The translations under genes were made by a program, and so were the position numbers. A stretch of 63,512 nucleotides of DNA, the filler included, from an uncultured Synergistales bacterium (GTDB taxonomy: Bacteria; Synergistota; Synergistia; Synergistales; Aminobacteriaceae): the NCBI GenBank assembly GCA_937897575.1. It is 5 parts of 5 records of this genome, joined end to end, with 100 filler letters (N's around TTAATTAATTAA, not from the genome) between each part and the next. Parts side by side here need not be neighbours in the genome. Positions count along the whole stretch, not along the records: positions 1 to 7,621 come from CALCQG010000076.1; positions 7,722 to 14,373 come from CALCQG010000078.1; 3 more parts are not named here. The stretch is one strand, 5' to 3'. The notes beneath the pieces were generated by a model. It did no database searches and was not told where the DNA came from. It saw only the letters and a list, made by a program, of their open reading frames with translations. This document shows positions 1-11,265 of this stretch, piece by piece (within the stretch, counting starts at the first letter, position 1; every line of letters begins with the position of its first letter).

Positions 1-105
1 CACCTGTTTTTCGAGCGCCCGGGCCCTGTCCTCGTTCGCCCGTTCGAGGGCCTCCTTGAACCCGCGCAGCTCCTCCTCGCGGGCGGATGGAACGGCCTGC
101 GTCAA
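1..105 (-). CDS. Probable V/A-type ATP synthase subunit E, N-terminal part (runs off window)
   Basis: TTG start just after the subunit K stop; reads MTQAVPSAREEELRGFKEALERANEDRARRSKNR (charged helix); usual I-K-E gene order. Confidence 0.45.
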   Translation of the reverse strand, partial: MTQAVPSAREEELRGFKEALERANEDRARALEKQV

Positions 106-113
106 AGCGGGCC

Positions 114-332
114 TCAGGCGAACTGGAGGATCAGCATGATGGCCACCACAAACCCCAGGATGACCATGGTCTCGGGAATGGCCTCGAGGATGATGATGGT
201 TCCCGCGGTCTCGGGCTTCTCCGCCACGGACCCCGCCCCTGCACTCCCGATCTTCGCCTGGGCGTAGGCCGTGGCGATGGCGGGGATGCTGACCGCCATG
301 GCTGCGGCAAGAGCAATTATCGCTTTTTCCAC
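114..332 (-). CDS. atpK: V/A-type ATP synthase proteolipid subunit K (c)
   Basis: 72 aa two-helix hydrophobic protein with IPET ion-binding motif, directly after subunit I. Confidence 0.92.
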   Translation of the reverse strand: MEKAIIALAAAMAVSIPAIATAYAQAKIGSAGAGSVAEKPETAGTIIILEAIPETMVILGFVVAIMLILQFA

Positions 333-2224
333 GTCAATCCGCTCCTTTTTCTGAATGGCGTATAGTTTTTCCCTCCGGCAGAGTAGAACCGGCCGAAGAA
401 TTCGACGTAGTGCAGCCGCGCCGAGTGCAGGCTCGACCCTCCTATGGCGATGACGAGGTTGAGGAGGTGGATGATGAAGGCGAGAATGAGCCCCAGGACC
501 GAGAGTCCGAGCACATCGGTGAACTTCGAGGCCACCATGGCGAGGATGGCCGACGAAAGGCCGATCGCTGCGATGCGGACGTAGCTTATGACGTTGCCGA
601 TGCTTCCGAAGGCCTCCACGATGCCTCCGATCCCGCCGCCTCCGACAAGCAGTGCGATGCCGATCACCAGAAAGGAGACGGGGACCGTAAACAGCTCCTT
701 CGGCAAGCGGGTCTTCAGGAACAGAATGGCCACGATCAATCCGATGAGAAAGAGCATATTGCCCGCCTTCTCCATCCAGAGATGACGGTGGTGATGGCGT
801 ACTCCCTGGCAGAGGCCGATGAACAGGCCGAGCAGCACGTGAAACAGGCCGAGGGAGACCGTAAAAATCATCACCGGCAGGATGCCCTGCGTCCGCTCCA
901 CGAGGAGAGGCTTCATGTGGAAGAGCCGGTGCCCCACATCGCCGAAGAACTCACCCCACGCCAAACCCCAGAGGATGCTCCAGAGGGCGACGTGGGTCAA
1001 GATCGCCGCCACGTCCCGCAGCACCGGGAGTTTCCGCCCTTTCAGCCAAAGGGCGAGCAGGAGGAAGAGGACGCCGTACCCCACGTCGCCGATCATGCAC
1101 CCTGAGAAGAAGGGGAAGAAGAGGGCCACCATCGGGGTCGGGTCCACTCCGTCATAGGTCGGGGGGCGGAGAAGCCTGAGAAAGAGTTCGAAGGGGGAGG
1201 CGAGCGGGGCGTTCTTCAGCGCCGTGGGGACGTCCTTCCACTCGTCCTCGCCGGGAAGGCGCCACTGCATCAGGACATCCGTTCCGAATCGCTCCTCCAT
1301 CCTCCGCGCCGTCTCGTGAAGAGCGTCACCCGGCACCCACCCTCCGATGGAGAAGCTCTCCTCCGAGCCGCGGCACTGCGCCTCGACGGACGCCTCCTCG
1401 GTCTTTTCGTCGATGAAGAGGTAGAGGGCGGCCAACCGAGGGCCCCACTGGAGGGCGGCGGTCCGCAACTCCTCCTCGATGGCACTCCGTCGGGCGCTCA
1501 GCCCCTCGATCGCCCTCTGTACGTCCGGGAGGAGTTTCCCAAACGGCGGAGGCGCATCCCGATATTCGGGCGGCCGCCAGGGCATGGCCCCCGATTCCGA
1601 CGCGACCCGGCGGACAATGCTTGCGGCGGACAGCGACGTTCTGAGGCCCAAAAGGCCAAAGGACTCCTTGCCGGCCACAAAGTGGGAGGACACCGCCTCA
1701 TGTCTCTCGCCACCGTCGAGGGCCGCCGCGAGAGACGCGACGAGGGCCGGCGCGTCCCCGTTCTCCACCCACCACAGGGAGTCCTCCTCGGTCTCCGATG
1801 GCGCCTTCCCGCTGAAAAAAGGGGTGAACTTCCGAAGAACCTCCTCGGACCGGTTCAGCCGGTCGAGCAGGTCGTCCTTCTCCTTCGCCTCGGCCAGAAG
1901 GGATGCGAGTCGAGACGTAAAGGCCTCAAGGCTTCGGTCGATCTCGTGGACCGTCTCCGCGGACGAGAGGTCGAGAAGGCTCGTCTCCGACGCACCGAGA
2001 TCCTCCTCACGGAGGCTGTTCCATCCGTCCCACCCCAGGGCTTCGATAAGCCCGAGGACCTTCCCCCGCAGCAGCTTCAGGCTGTTGAACGTCCCGTCGT
2101 CCTCGGCCGTGGAAGGAGTATCCTGGTCCAGATGCAGCACCCCGAGGGCGAAGAGTTCCCGGACGATCTCCTTTTTTTTGCTCTGGACGCCCCAGAGGGA
2201 GAGGCGGACCATATCCCGGATCAT
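317..2224 (-). CDS. atpI: V/A-type ATP synthase subunit I (a)
   Basis: DPTP..FF.FF.G.M.GDVGYG, ISYVRIAA and LHSARLHYVEFF motifs; real start probably MIRDMVRL at 2224 (ATGA overlap with upstream gene). Confidence 0.9.
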   Translation of the reverse strand: MIRDMVRLSLWGVQSKKKEIVRELFALGVLHLDQDTPSTAEDDGTFNSLKLLRGKVLGLIEALGWDGWNSLREEDLGASETSLLDLSSAETVHEIDRSLEAFTSRLASLLAEAKEKDDLLDRLNRSEEVLRKFTPFFSGKAPSETEEDSLWWVENGDAPALVASLAAALDGGERHEAVSSHFVAGKESFGLLGLRTSLSAASIVRRVASESGAMPWRPPEYRDAPPPFGKLLPDVQRAIEGLSARRSAIEEELRTAALQWGPRLAALYLFIDEKTEEASVEAQCRGSEESFSIGGWVPGDALHETARRMEERFGTDVLMQWRLPGEDEWKDVPTALKNAPLASPFELFLRLLRPPTYDGVDPTPMVALFFPFFSGCMIGDVGYGVLFLLLALWLKGRKLPVLRDVAAILTHVALWSILWGLAWGEFFGDVGHRLFHMKPLLVERTQGILPVMIFTVSLGLFHVLLGLFIGLCQGVRHHHRHLWMEKAGNMLFLIGLIVAILFLKTRLPKELFTVPVSFLVIGIALLVGGGGIGGIVEAFGSIGNVISYVRIAAIGLSSAILAMVASKFTDVLGLSVLGLILAFIIHLLNLVIAIGGSSLHSARLHYVEFFGRFYSAGGKNYTPFRKRSGLTWKKR

Positions 2225-2599
2225 GATCCGTCCACCCCGCACAGCCGACGCCACATCCGATCGATCACGGGAAGTCCCTGCGCCGACCCGTCCTCGCAAG
2301 CATCCGCGCCCTCGAGAAGGCGCTCCACGTGTCTCTTCATCTCCTGCTCCATGGCCGGTATCGAAATCGTAAAACGTGCTCTCGAGGGCGTGCTCCTTCC
2401 CAGTCCACTCGTCCTCCGCGATCCGGAGGCTCTCCCGCTCCATCTCGGAAAGATGAAGGAGTGCCCGCTCGCGGATCAAGCGGCACTCCTCCTTTTTTCG
2501 TTCATACTCGGCCGCGAGGATGGATTCAAACCTCCGGACCTCGTCCTCTACGCCTTCGGACCCCAGTGGTACGGGGGGGAGGTCAGTCTCCCGCTTCAT
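2221..2599 (-). CDS. V/A-type ATPase peripheral stalk subunit G/H-like, apparently frameshifted near 2355-2375
   Basis: Charged helical N-terminus; alternative frame AMEQEMKRHVERLLEG...GVDGS* stops at TGA 2223-2221 overlapping the atpI ATG. Confidence 0.6.
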
Positions 2600-3056
2600 C
2601 CCTGCTCCCGCTCTCTCTCATAAGGAATTCGCAGAAGGCCTCTCTGCTTATTATGCCGACGAGCCGCCCGTCCTCCACGACGGGAAGACGCTTTACGTGC
2701 TTTCGTATCATGAGGTCCGAGATCACCATGAGGCTCGTATCGGGCTCCACGGACAGAGGCTTGTCGTTCATGAAGTCGCGCACCGGACGATTCCCGAAGG
2801 ATTTGAACCGGGCAAGGAGGCCGTTTTCATCCTCCTCGAGGAAGGTGCTCTTCGCCAGAACCTCCAGGTACGTCGGAACGGCGGACTGAAGGATATCGGA
2901 CTCGGTGAGATAGCCCACGAGCTTCCAGTCGCCGTCCAGGACGGGGACGCCGGAGATGTTGTGGTTGTACAGCACGCGGACCGCCTCGTGGACAAGGTCG
3001 TCCTCCATGACGGCCGTGAGGTCGCGGTGCATCACGTCTCTCGCAACGGTGGTCAT
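2583..3056 (-). CDS. CBS-domain pair protein
   Basis: ARDVM..., ISGVPVLD...LVG, VRDFM, KRLPVVEDGRLVGIISR. Confidence 0.9.
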   Translation of the reverse strand: MTTVARDVMHRDLTAVMEDDLVHEAVRVLYNHNISGVPVLDGDWKLVGYLTESDILQSAVPTYLEVLAKSTFLEEDENGLLARFKSFGNRPVRDFMNDKPLSVEPDTSLMVISDLMIRKHVKRLPVVEDGRLVGIISREAFCEFLMRESGSRDEAGD

Positions 3057-4795
3057 GGTCTTCTTCGCCGCCCCTCATCGGGATACAGCCCGATCTTCGT
3101 CAGGAACACCCTTGCCGCGAAGAGAAAGAGCTCGAGGTCCCGCTTCCATCGCCAGGGTTCCTGTATGAGACGGTACAGCCACTCCATGCCGATCTTCTGC
3201 CACAGAAGGGGGGCCCTCTTCAGCGCCCCGGAGAGCACGTCGAAAGAGCCGCCGACTCCGACGGCGACGACATCACCGAGGTCTATCCCGTGGTCTGCGA
3301 GCCAAATCTCCTGTTTCGGCACACCCAGCGCGGCAAAGAGGATCTTCGCACCGCTGGAACGGACAGCGGGGCATATGGATGGGTCTCCGGCGTCGAAGTA
3401 TCCATCCCGGTACCCGGCGACGACGAGGTCGGGGAACTTTGTCTGCAGTGTCCGCACGGCACCGGTTACCGCGGCCTTCGAGGCGCCGAGGAAATAGACG
3501 GGCCACCCCTCGGCGGCGGCCATCCTGCAGAGGCGCACCATGAAGTCGATGCCCGCGATCCGTTCCTGGACAGGTTTTCCGAGAAGGTGAAGCCCCCATA
3601 CCAGCCCCGCCCCGTCGGCAAGCGTCAGGAACGAGCCACGGAGCGCACGGGCATAGGCTTCGTTCCGCTCCGCCTCCATGACGGCGAGGGCGTTGACCGT
3701 GGACACCAGGGAGAGCCCCTGTCCCGACATGACGGCGCCCCTCGTTCGCGAGAGGGCATAGTCCATGGATACGTTATCCACGGCAGTGCCCCAGATCGTC
3801 GGCCGAAGGGGGATATCCGTGTTCCGCTTCATATTCCGCAGAAAGGGGACAAGGGAGAAACCGGCGAACAGTATGGCGATGCTGACCCACATCATCATGA
3901 AGAGGGAGGTCCCCAGCTGGGAGACGGCGACGGCGGCTCCCGCAATGGCGCACACGGAGGTGATGAACCGGACGGTGCTCGGATGGTCGAGCCCGCGCCC
4001 TATCAATTTTCTGTACAGGGCGGAGGCCCCGTAGGACCGGGATGGAAGTACGAGGCTCACCGCACGGAGCGACGTCTCGACGATGGGGATGGCGAAGAGG
4101 CCCAGAGGCAGCAGCATGAGGGTGCTGAAGGTGATCCCCTTGCTGACGCCGAGCACCGACGTGCCGGCGATCAGGGTCCCCCACAGCGCGGCGAGCGGTT
4201 CTCCGAGACGCCGGTACATGTGGCCGTGACGGCTCCAGAAGACCCCGAGGTACGAGACCCCGCAGAGGGCCATGAAGAAGGCGTCGTTCAGCGGCTGGCC
4301 CGAGAAGACGGTGGCGATGAGCAGCAGAGAGAAGCTCACGACGAGGAGATGTCCGGCCATGCCCGGGATCTTGTCCAGCTCCTGCAGCAGGATGGGAAAG
4401 GCCGATATCCAGAGCGTCGTCACCAGCAGGGACCCCCAGGGGGAGAAGTAGTGGTACCCTCCGTTCGAGAGACCGACGAAGCCTATCTGCGGCCCGAAGA
4501 AGGCGAAGACGAGCCCCAGCAGAAGGTAGGAGGCCTTCCACCCCTTGTCCGGGTACAGGCGCTGCAGGAGCCCCAGCACGGAGGCCAAGACCCCCATCCC
4601 GACGATGAAGCGCGATACGGGCGTGCCGACCCACACCGCGGACAGGACCCACACGGCAAGGAGGGCGAGGTCGCGGAAGTAGTTGTACTGCGTCGGCTCC
4701 AGGCTGCGGCGGCAGAGCCGCTGCAGGAGGAAACAGCACACCGCAGCCGGGAGGATCAGGGACAGATAGTGGACCGTCGTCTCCATGCTCATCAC
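3053..4795 (-). CDS. Fusion of a degenerate MraY/WecA-like membrane domain and a WecB/TagA/CpsF glycosyltransferase
   Basis: Multi-TM N-half; C-half has ADGAGLVW, ERIAGIDF, YFLGA, LGVPKQE, GVGGSFDVLSG.KRAP, GMEWLYRLIQEPWR. Confidence 0.85.
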   Translation of the reverse strand: MMSMETTVHYLSLILPAAVCCFLLQRLCRRSLEPTQYNYFRDLALLAVWVLSAVWVGTPVSRFIVGMGVLASVLGLLQRLYPDKGWKASYLLLGLVFAFFGPQIGFVGLSNGGYHYFSPWGSLLVTTLWISAFPILLQELDKIPGMAGHLLVVSFSLLLIATVFSGQPLNDAFFMALCGVSYLGVFWSRHGHMYRRLGEPLAALWGTLIAGTSVLGVSKGITFSTLMLLPLGLFAIPIVETSLRAVSLVLPSRSYGASALYRKLIGRGLDHPSTVRFITSVCAIAGAAVAVSQLGTSLFMMMWVSIAILFAGFSLVPFLRNMKRNTDIPLRPTIWGTAVDNVSMDYALSRTRGAVMSGQGLSLVSTVNALAVMEAERNEAYARALRGSFLTLADGAGLVWGLHLLGKPVQERIAGIDFMVRLCRMAAAEGWPVYFLGASKAAVTGAVRTLQTKFPDLVVAGYRDGYFDAGDPSICPAVRSSGAKILFAALGVPKQEIWLADHGIDLGDVVAVGVGGSFDVLSGALKRAPLLWQKIGMEWLYRLIQEPWRWKRDLELFLFAARVFLTKIGLYPDEGRRRRP

Positions 4796-4866
4796 TCGTT
4801 CACCCTGTCATGAGAATAACTTCTGCAATCGTCTCATTGTATCAGCGAACAAGGCTTTTTGCCACC

Positions 4867-6608
<1,742 letters not shown>

Positions 6609-6622
<14 letters not shown>

Positions 6623-7621
6623 TTCCCTCTCCCCTTTCATCGACGGCGCATGTCTTCCTGTCTCGGGCCCCGACGTGCAGCAGATGGCCGAGCTTGACCT
6701 CCTTGGCCCCCAAGTATCGTTCATTGTGCTCGTTGGGCGGGATCACGAGGGGAACCCGTTCCACCACCTCGAGGCCGTACCCCTGGAGCCCGACGAGCTT
6801 TCTCGGGTTGTTCGTGATGAGACGGATGCTCGAGACTCCGAGGTCCTGAAGTATCTGAGCCCCGATGCCGTAATCCCGAAGGTCGGCCGGGTAGCCGAGG
6901 GCCATGTTCGCCTCCACCGTGTCCAGTCCCCTCTCCTGAAGCTCGTAGGCCTTGAGCTTGTCGGCGATGCCGATGCCCCGCCCCTCCTGCCTCATGTAGA
7001 GCACGACGCCCTGTCCGTCACGCTCCACCATGTCCATGGCTTCGACGAGCTGGGATCCGCAGTCGCACCGGAGGGAGCCGAACACGTCGCCTGTGAGACA
7101 CTCCGAGTGGACGCGGACGAGGACGTTCTTTCGCCCGGCCACGGCCCCCTTCACGAGGGCGATGTGGAGGTGATCCCTGTCGTCGTCCATGAGATTCCGG
7201 TAGGCGTGGGCGACGAAATGGCCATGGGCCGTCGGAAGATCGACCTGGGCCACCTTCTCCACGAGCCGCTCCCGCTTGCTTCGATAGGCGATCAGATCCT
7301 CGATGGAGACGATCTTCATCCCGTGCTGCGCCGCGAAGGTCCTGAGCTCGGGCAGACGGGCCATGGTCCCGTCCTCGTTCATAATCTCGCAGATGACGCC
7401 CGCCGGCGGAAGGCCCGCGAGGGTCATCAGGTCAACGGCCGCCTCCGTGTGCCCCGCCCGTTTCAGGACGCCGCCCGGCTTCGCCTCGAGGGGGAACATA
7501 TGGCCCGGCCGGAAGAAGTCCTCGGAGCGCGAGGCGGGGTCGGAGAGCAGGACGGCCGTCCTTGCCCGTTCCTCCGCCGAGATGCCCGTGGTCGTGCCCT
7601 CCCGTGCGTCCACCGAGACGA
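6609..7621 (-). CDS. ribBA: Bifunctional DHBP synthase / GTP cyclohydrolase II (5' truncated by gap)
   Basis: [53 protein letters not shown]. Confidence 0.96.
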
Positions 7622-7721
7622 NNNNNNNNNNNNNNNNNNNNNNNNNNNNNNNNNNNNNNNNNNNNTTAATTAATTAANNNNNNNNNNNNNNNNNNNNNNN
7701 NNNNNNNNNNNNNNNNNNNNN
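7622..7721. other. Artificial contig spacer N44-TTAATTAATTAA-N44 (also 14374-14473, 21737-21836, 35585-35684)
   Basis: Identical 100-nt spacer four times, stops in all six frames, genes truncated at its edges. Confidence 0.97.
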
Positions 7722-8001
7722 CCCGTCGTCATCGCCTGCGGCATCGCCTACGCCCTCGCGGGGCTCTGCGCCCGCCGCGCCGCACGCACACAAGGGACAG
7801 CGCGAAACCGGGCCGAAGCGCCCATCGAGACGAATGTCTCCGCTCAGGAGCAGGGCGGCAACCGAGACGGGACGTCCTGAACCCTCGCCCTCCGATGTGC
7901 GGGTTGTGTGACCGTCGGCATCATGGCCGAGGGGTGGGACGAACCTCGCCGCCCTCCTCCTGGGGACGAACCTTTCCCGCGCCGCCTATGACGGAAAAAA
8001 T

Positions 8002-8030
8002 TTGACAATCACTTCGTATCGGGGTATTTT
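8002..8030 (+). promoter_or_regulatory. Sigma70-type promoter of the tct operon
   Basis: TTGACA-17 nt-TATTTT; TTTGACA (8001-8007) is mirrored by TGTCAAA (8040-8046). Confidence 0.6.
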
Positions 8031-8123
8031 AATGAGTACTGTCAAAGTCTGGCCGGACTTGGCCGGCCAGACGGGGTGCGTGCCATCGTCTCTGAATGCC
8101 AATACAAAAGGAGGAGTTGCACA

Positions 8124-9104
8124 ATGCGGCACTGGAAACGAATGCTCGTGATGCTCCTGGCGCTCTCGGTATATCTTTGTGCAGGGTCCGCGGCGCTCGC
8201 GGCCTATCCGGAGAAGCAGATCACCGTGCTCCAGGGGTTCAAGCCGGGGGGCGGCAGCGACACCCTCGCCCAGCTGACCCAGCCCTATCTGGAGAAGATC
8301 GTCGGACAGTCCTTCATCAACCAGTACATCCCGGGGGCGACGGGAGCCATCGCCTGGACCCAGCTCGCGAAGACGGCGAAGAAGGACGGCTACACCCTCA
8401 GCATCACCAACACCCCCATGCTGCAGACGAACTACATCATGAACCCCCAGATCACCTACACCATCGAGGAGCTCGAACCCATCGCCAACGTGGTCACGGA
8501 CCCGGGGATCATCGTCGTCGCGAAGGACAGCCCCTTCAAGACCGTCGAGGACTTCCTGAAGGCGGTGAAGGAGAACCCCGGCAAGGTCACCGTGGGGAAC
8601 TCCGGCGTGGGCGGCGACGACTTCTTCACCACGCTCATCTTCGAGAAGATCTCGGGCCTGAAGGTCCAGATGATCCCCTTCGAGGGCGACGGCCCCTCCT
8701 GGCAGGCGGCTATGGGCGGCAAGATCGACGCGAGCTTCAACAACCTGGGCATCACCTACCCCCAGGTCAAGGCGGGGAACCTGAGGGCCCTGGCCCTCTT
8801 CGCCAATGAGCGCTACAAGCTGATCCCCGACGTGCCGACCATGAAGGAGCTCGGATATGAGCTCGTCTCCGGCTCCTCCAGAGGCTACAGCGCCCCCAAG
8901 GGCATCCCCGAGGAGGCGAAGACGGCCCTCATCGAGGCCTTCAAGAAGCTGGCCTCGATGCCCGAGGTCATCCAGGGCGCCGAGGAGCGGGCCTCCATCC
9001 TGGATATGAAGTACGGCGATGACTACAAGAAGATGCTCGCCGACCAGGAGCAGGAGTTCAGAGGCATCTGGGACGAAGTGAAGGACGAGTACCAGAAAAA
9101 GTAG
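8124..9104 (+). CDS. tctC: Tripartite tricarboxylate transporter substrate-binding protein (Bug/TctC)
   Basis: AGGAGG RBS, signal peptide, YPEK.I, PGGGSD, PGATG, DGYTL, IPFEG, PDVPT. Confidence 0.92.
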   Translation: MRHWKRMLVMLLALSVYLCAGSAALAAYPEKQITVLQGFKPGGGSDTLAQLTQPYLEKIVGQSFINQYIPGATGAIAWTQLAKTAKKDGYTLSITNTPMLQTNYIMNPQITYTIEELEPIANVVTDPGIIVVAKDSPFKTVEDFLKAVKENPGKVTVGNSGVGGDDFFTTLIFEKISGLKVQMIPFEGDGPSWQAAMGGKIDASFNNLGITYPQVKAGNLRALALFANERYKLIPDVPTMKELGYELVSGSSRGYSAPKGIPEEAKTALIEAFKKLASMPEVIQGAEERASILDMKYGDDYKKMLADQEQEFRGIWDEVKDEYQKK

Positions 9105-9220
9105 CGGGACGAGGATAAACAAGGGGCCCCGGAGACCGGGGGGAAGAGGCTCTTTCCCCGCCTCCCGGGGCCCCTCGCCCTTTCGGCACCACGGACTCTT
9201 GCGATCGGAGGTACGATGAA

Positions 9221-9685
9221 ATGGGATCCGTACTGCATCACGCGCTGTTTGCCGCCTTCGCATGCGCCATCGCGGGGTATTTCTTCGTGGCGGGCAACTC
9301 CATGCCCGCGAGCGCCGGGCGTCTTCCCGTGCTGCTCTCCGTTCTCGTCTTCATTCTCTCGGGCGCCATGATGGTGAAGGCCGTCCGGTCGTCCCGCCAG
9401 AACTCTGAACAGGAGGCGCCGGAGGCCGCCAGACCGCCCCTCCAGGTGACGCGGGTGGCGGCCTACGTCGCCCTGATCGTCGCCTACATCTACTGTATCC
9501 CGAGGCTGGGGTACTTCATCGCAACGCCCCTCTTCATGCTCCTCTCCTATCTGTACCTGCGCGCCCTCGGCATAGGAAGGAGCCTGCTCATCAGCGTCGG
9601 ATTCTCGCTCTTCATCTACCTCCTCTTCGTGCGCTTTCTGAAGCTCCCGATCCCCATGGGATTGCTCGAGCCCTTCCTCGGCTAG
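9221..9685 (+). CDS. tctB: TctB small membrane subunit
   Basis: 4-5 TM, LGYFIAT, F...LKLPIP; between tctC and tctA. Confidence 0.85.
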   Translation: MGSVLHHALFAAFACAIAGYFFVAGNSMPASAGRLPVLLSVLVFILSGAMMVKAVRSSRQNSEQEAPEAARPPLQVTRVAAYVALIVAYIYCIPRLGYFIATPLFMLLSYLYLRALGIGRSLLISVGFSLFIYLLFVRFLKLPIPMGLLEPFLG

Positions 9686-9706
9686 CCGACAAAAGGGGAT
9701 GACATC

Positions 9707-11215
9707 ATGATCTTCGACAACATTCTTTTAGGCCTCACGAACGTCTTCGCCCCCCTGAACCTTGCCGCCGTCGCCTTCGGCACGGGGCTCGGGCTGCTCG
9801 TCGGCGCCATGCCTGGGCTGTCCGCGACGATGGCCATCGCCCTCCTCGTCCCCGTGACATTCGTCATGCGCCCCGAGACGGGCATCAGCATGCTGGCGGC
9901 GATCTACATGGGTGCCATGTACGGCGGCTCCATCGCGGCGATCCTCATCAGGACCCCCGGCACACCCGCGGCGGCGGCGACGGTCCTCGACGGCTACCCC
10001 ATGGCCCAGAGAGGGGAGGCGGGGCGGGCCCTCGGCATCTCCCTGACGGCGTCCTTCGTGGGCGGCGTCATGAGCTCCGTCGTGCTCCTCACCGTGGCGC
10101 CCATGCTCGGATGGGTCGCGCTCATGTTCGGGCCCGTGGAGCTCTTCGCCGTCGCAGTGCTCGGCATGACCATCATCGGCTCCCTCTCCCAGGGCTCGGC
10201 GATCAAGGGGCTCCTCGCGGGAGCCGTCGGGCTTCTCCTCTCCACGGTGGGGATGGACCCCATCACGGGCATCCCCCGTTTTACCCTCGGCAACATCAAT
10301 CTCTTCTCGGGGATCCCCTTCACCGTGGCCCTCATCGGGCTCTTCTCCATCCCCCAGGCCCTCCGGCTCATCGAGCGGGACGAGGTGGAGGCCGAACGGA
10401 TCAACTCCTTCAGCGACCGGATTCTGCGCCCCTGGTCCGAGATCAGGGAGCTGCTGCCGACCATGGTGCGGGCGGGGCTCATCGGGATCTTCGTCGGCAT
10501 CATCCCGGGGACGGGCGGCGACACGGCCTGCTGGTTCGCCTACAACGAGGCGAAGCGCGCGTCCGACGACAAGGCGTCCTTCGGCCAGGGCAACCCCCAC
10601 GGCATCGCGGCCCCCGAGGCGTCGAACAACGCCGTCGTCGGCGGAGCCCTCGTCCCCACCATCTCCCTCGGCATCCCAGGCAGCTCGGCGACGGCGATCC
10701 TTCTGGGCGGCCTCATGATCCACGGCATCATGCCCGGACCGACCCTCATGACGGAGTACGCCGGCGTCACCTACACCCTTCTCTGGGCGGTGCTCCTCTC
10801 GACGATCTTCATGTTCGTCGAGGGGGTGATCTTCACGAAGGCCTGCATCTTTGTCACGGCCATCCGGAACAAGACCCTCTCGGTGGCCATCGTGGTCCTC
10901 TGCGTGGTGGGGGCCTTCGCCATCAACAACAGCTTCTTCGAGGTCGGCCTGATGTTCGCCTTCGGAATTCTAGGGTACTTCATGGACAAACTGAGCATCC
11001 CCGTAGCGCCCCTCGTGGTGGGGCTGATCCTCGGCGGCATGCTCGACGTGAGCCTGCACCAGTCTCTGCTCATGAGCCAGGGCTCCTGGATGATCTTCCT
11101 GAAGAACCCCATCTCCGCCGCCCTGCTCGCCCTCGCCCTCTTCTCCCTGATCCAGTCCACCCCCATGTACGAGCGGTGGAAGAGGGAGCGAAAGGCGCGG
11201 AAAGAGGCCCGGTAG
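9707..11215 (+). CDS. tctA: TctA large membrane subunit
   Basis: GAMPGL, YGGSIAAILIRTPGTP, DGYPMA..G, PEASNNA, LGIPGS. Confidence 0.95.
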   Translation: MIFDNILLGLTNVFAPLNLAAVAFGTGLGLLVGAMPGLSATMAIALLVPVTFVMRPETGISMLAAIYMGAMYGGSIAAILIRTPGTPAAAATVLDGYPMAQRGEAGRALGISLTASFVGGVMSSVVLLTVAPMLGWVALMFGPVELFAVAVLGMTIIGSLSQGSAIKGLLAGAVGLLLSTVGMDPITGIPRFTLGNINLFSGIPFTVALIGLFSIPQALRLIERDEVEAERINSFSDRILRPWSEIRELLPTMVRAGLIGIFVGIIPGTGGDTACWFAYNEAKRASDDKASFGQGNPHGIAAPEASNNAVVGGALVPTISLGIPGSSATAILLGGLMIHGIMPGPTLMTEYAGVTYTLLWAVLLSTIFMFVEGVIFTKACIFVTAIRNKTLSVAIVVLCVVGAFAINNSFFEVGLMFAFGILGYFMDKLSIPVAPLVVGLILGGMLDVSLHQSLLMSQGSWMIFLKNPISAALLALALFSLIQSTPMYERWKRERKARKEAR

Positions 11216-11265
11216 TTCGGCGGGAGACATACCATCATTTTGTCGCATCGACGGGAGGGTCTTAT

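Noticed and set aside
7622..7721. TTAATTAATTAA palindrome repeated four times
   Set aside because: Always flanked by N runs; an assembly spacer, not biology. Neighbourhoods across these gaps were not interpreted.
10111..11265. N-terminal extension making the Zn-dehydrogenase a 750-aa ORF
   Set aside because: Off-frame overlap with tctA; an RBS and ATG at 11266 give a normal-sized enzyme
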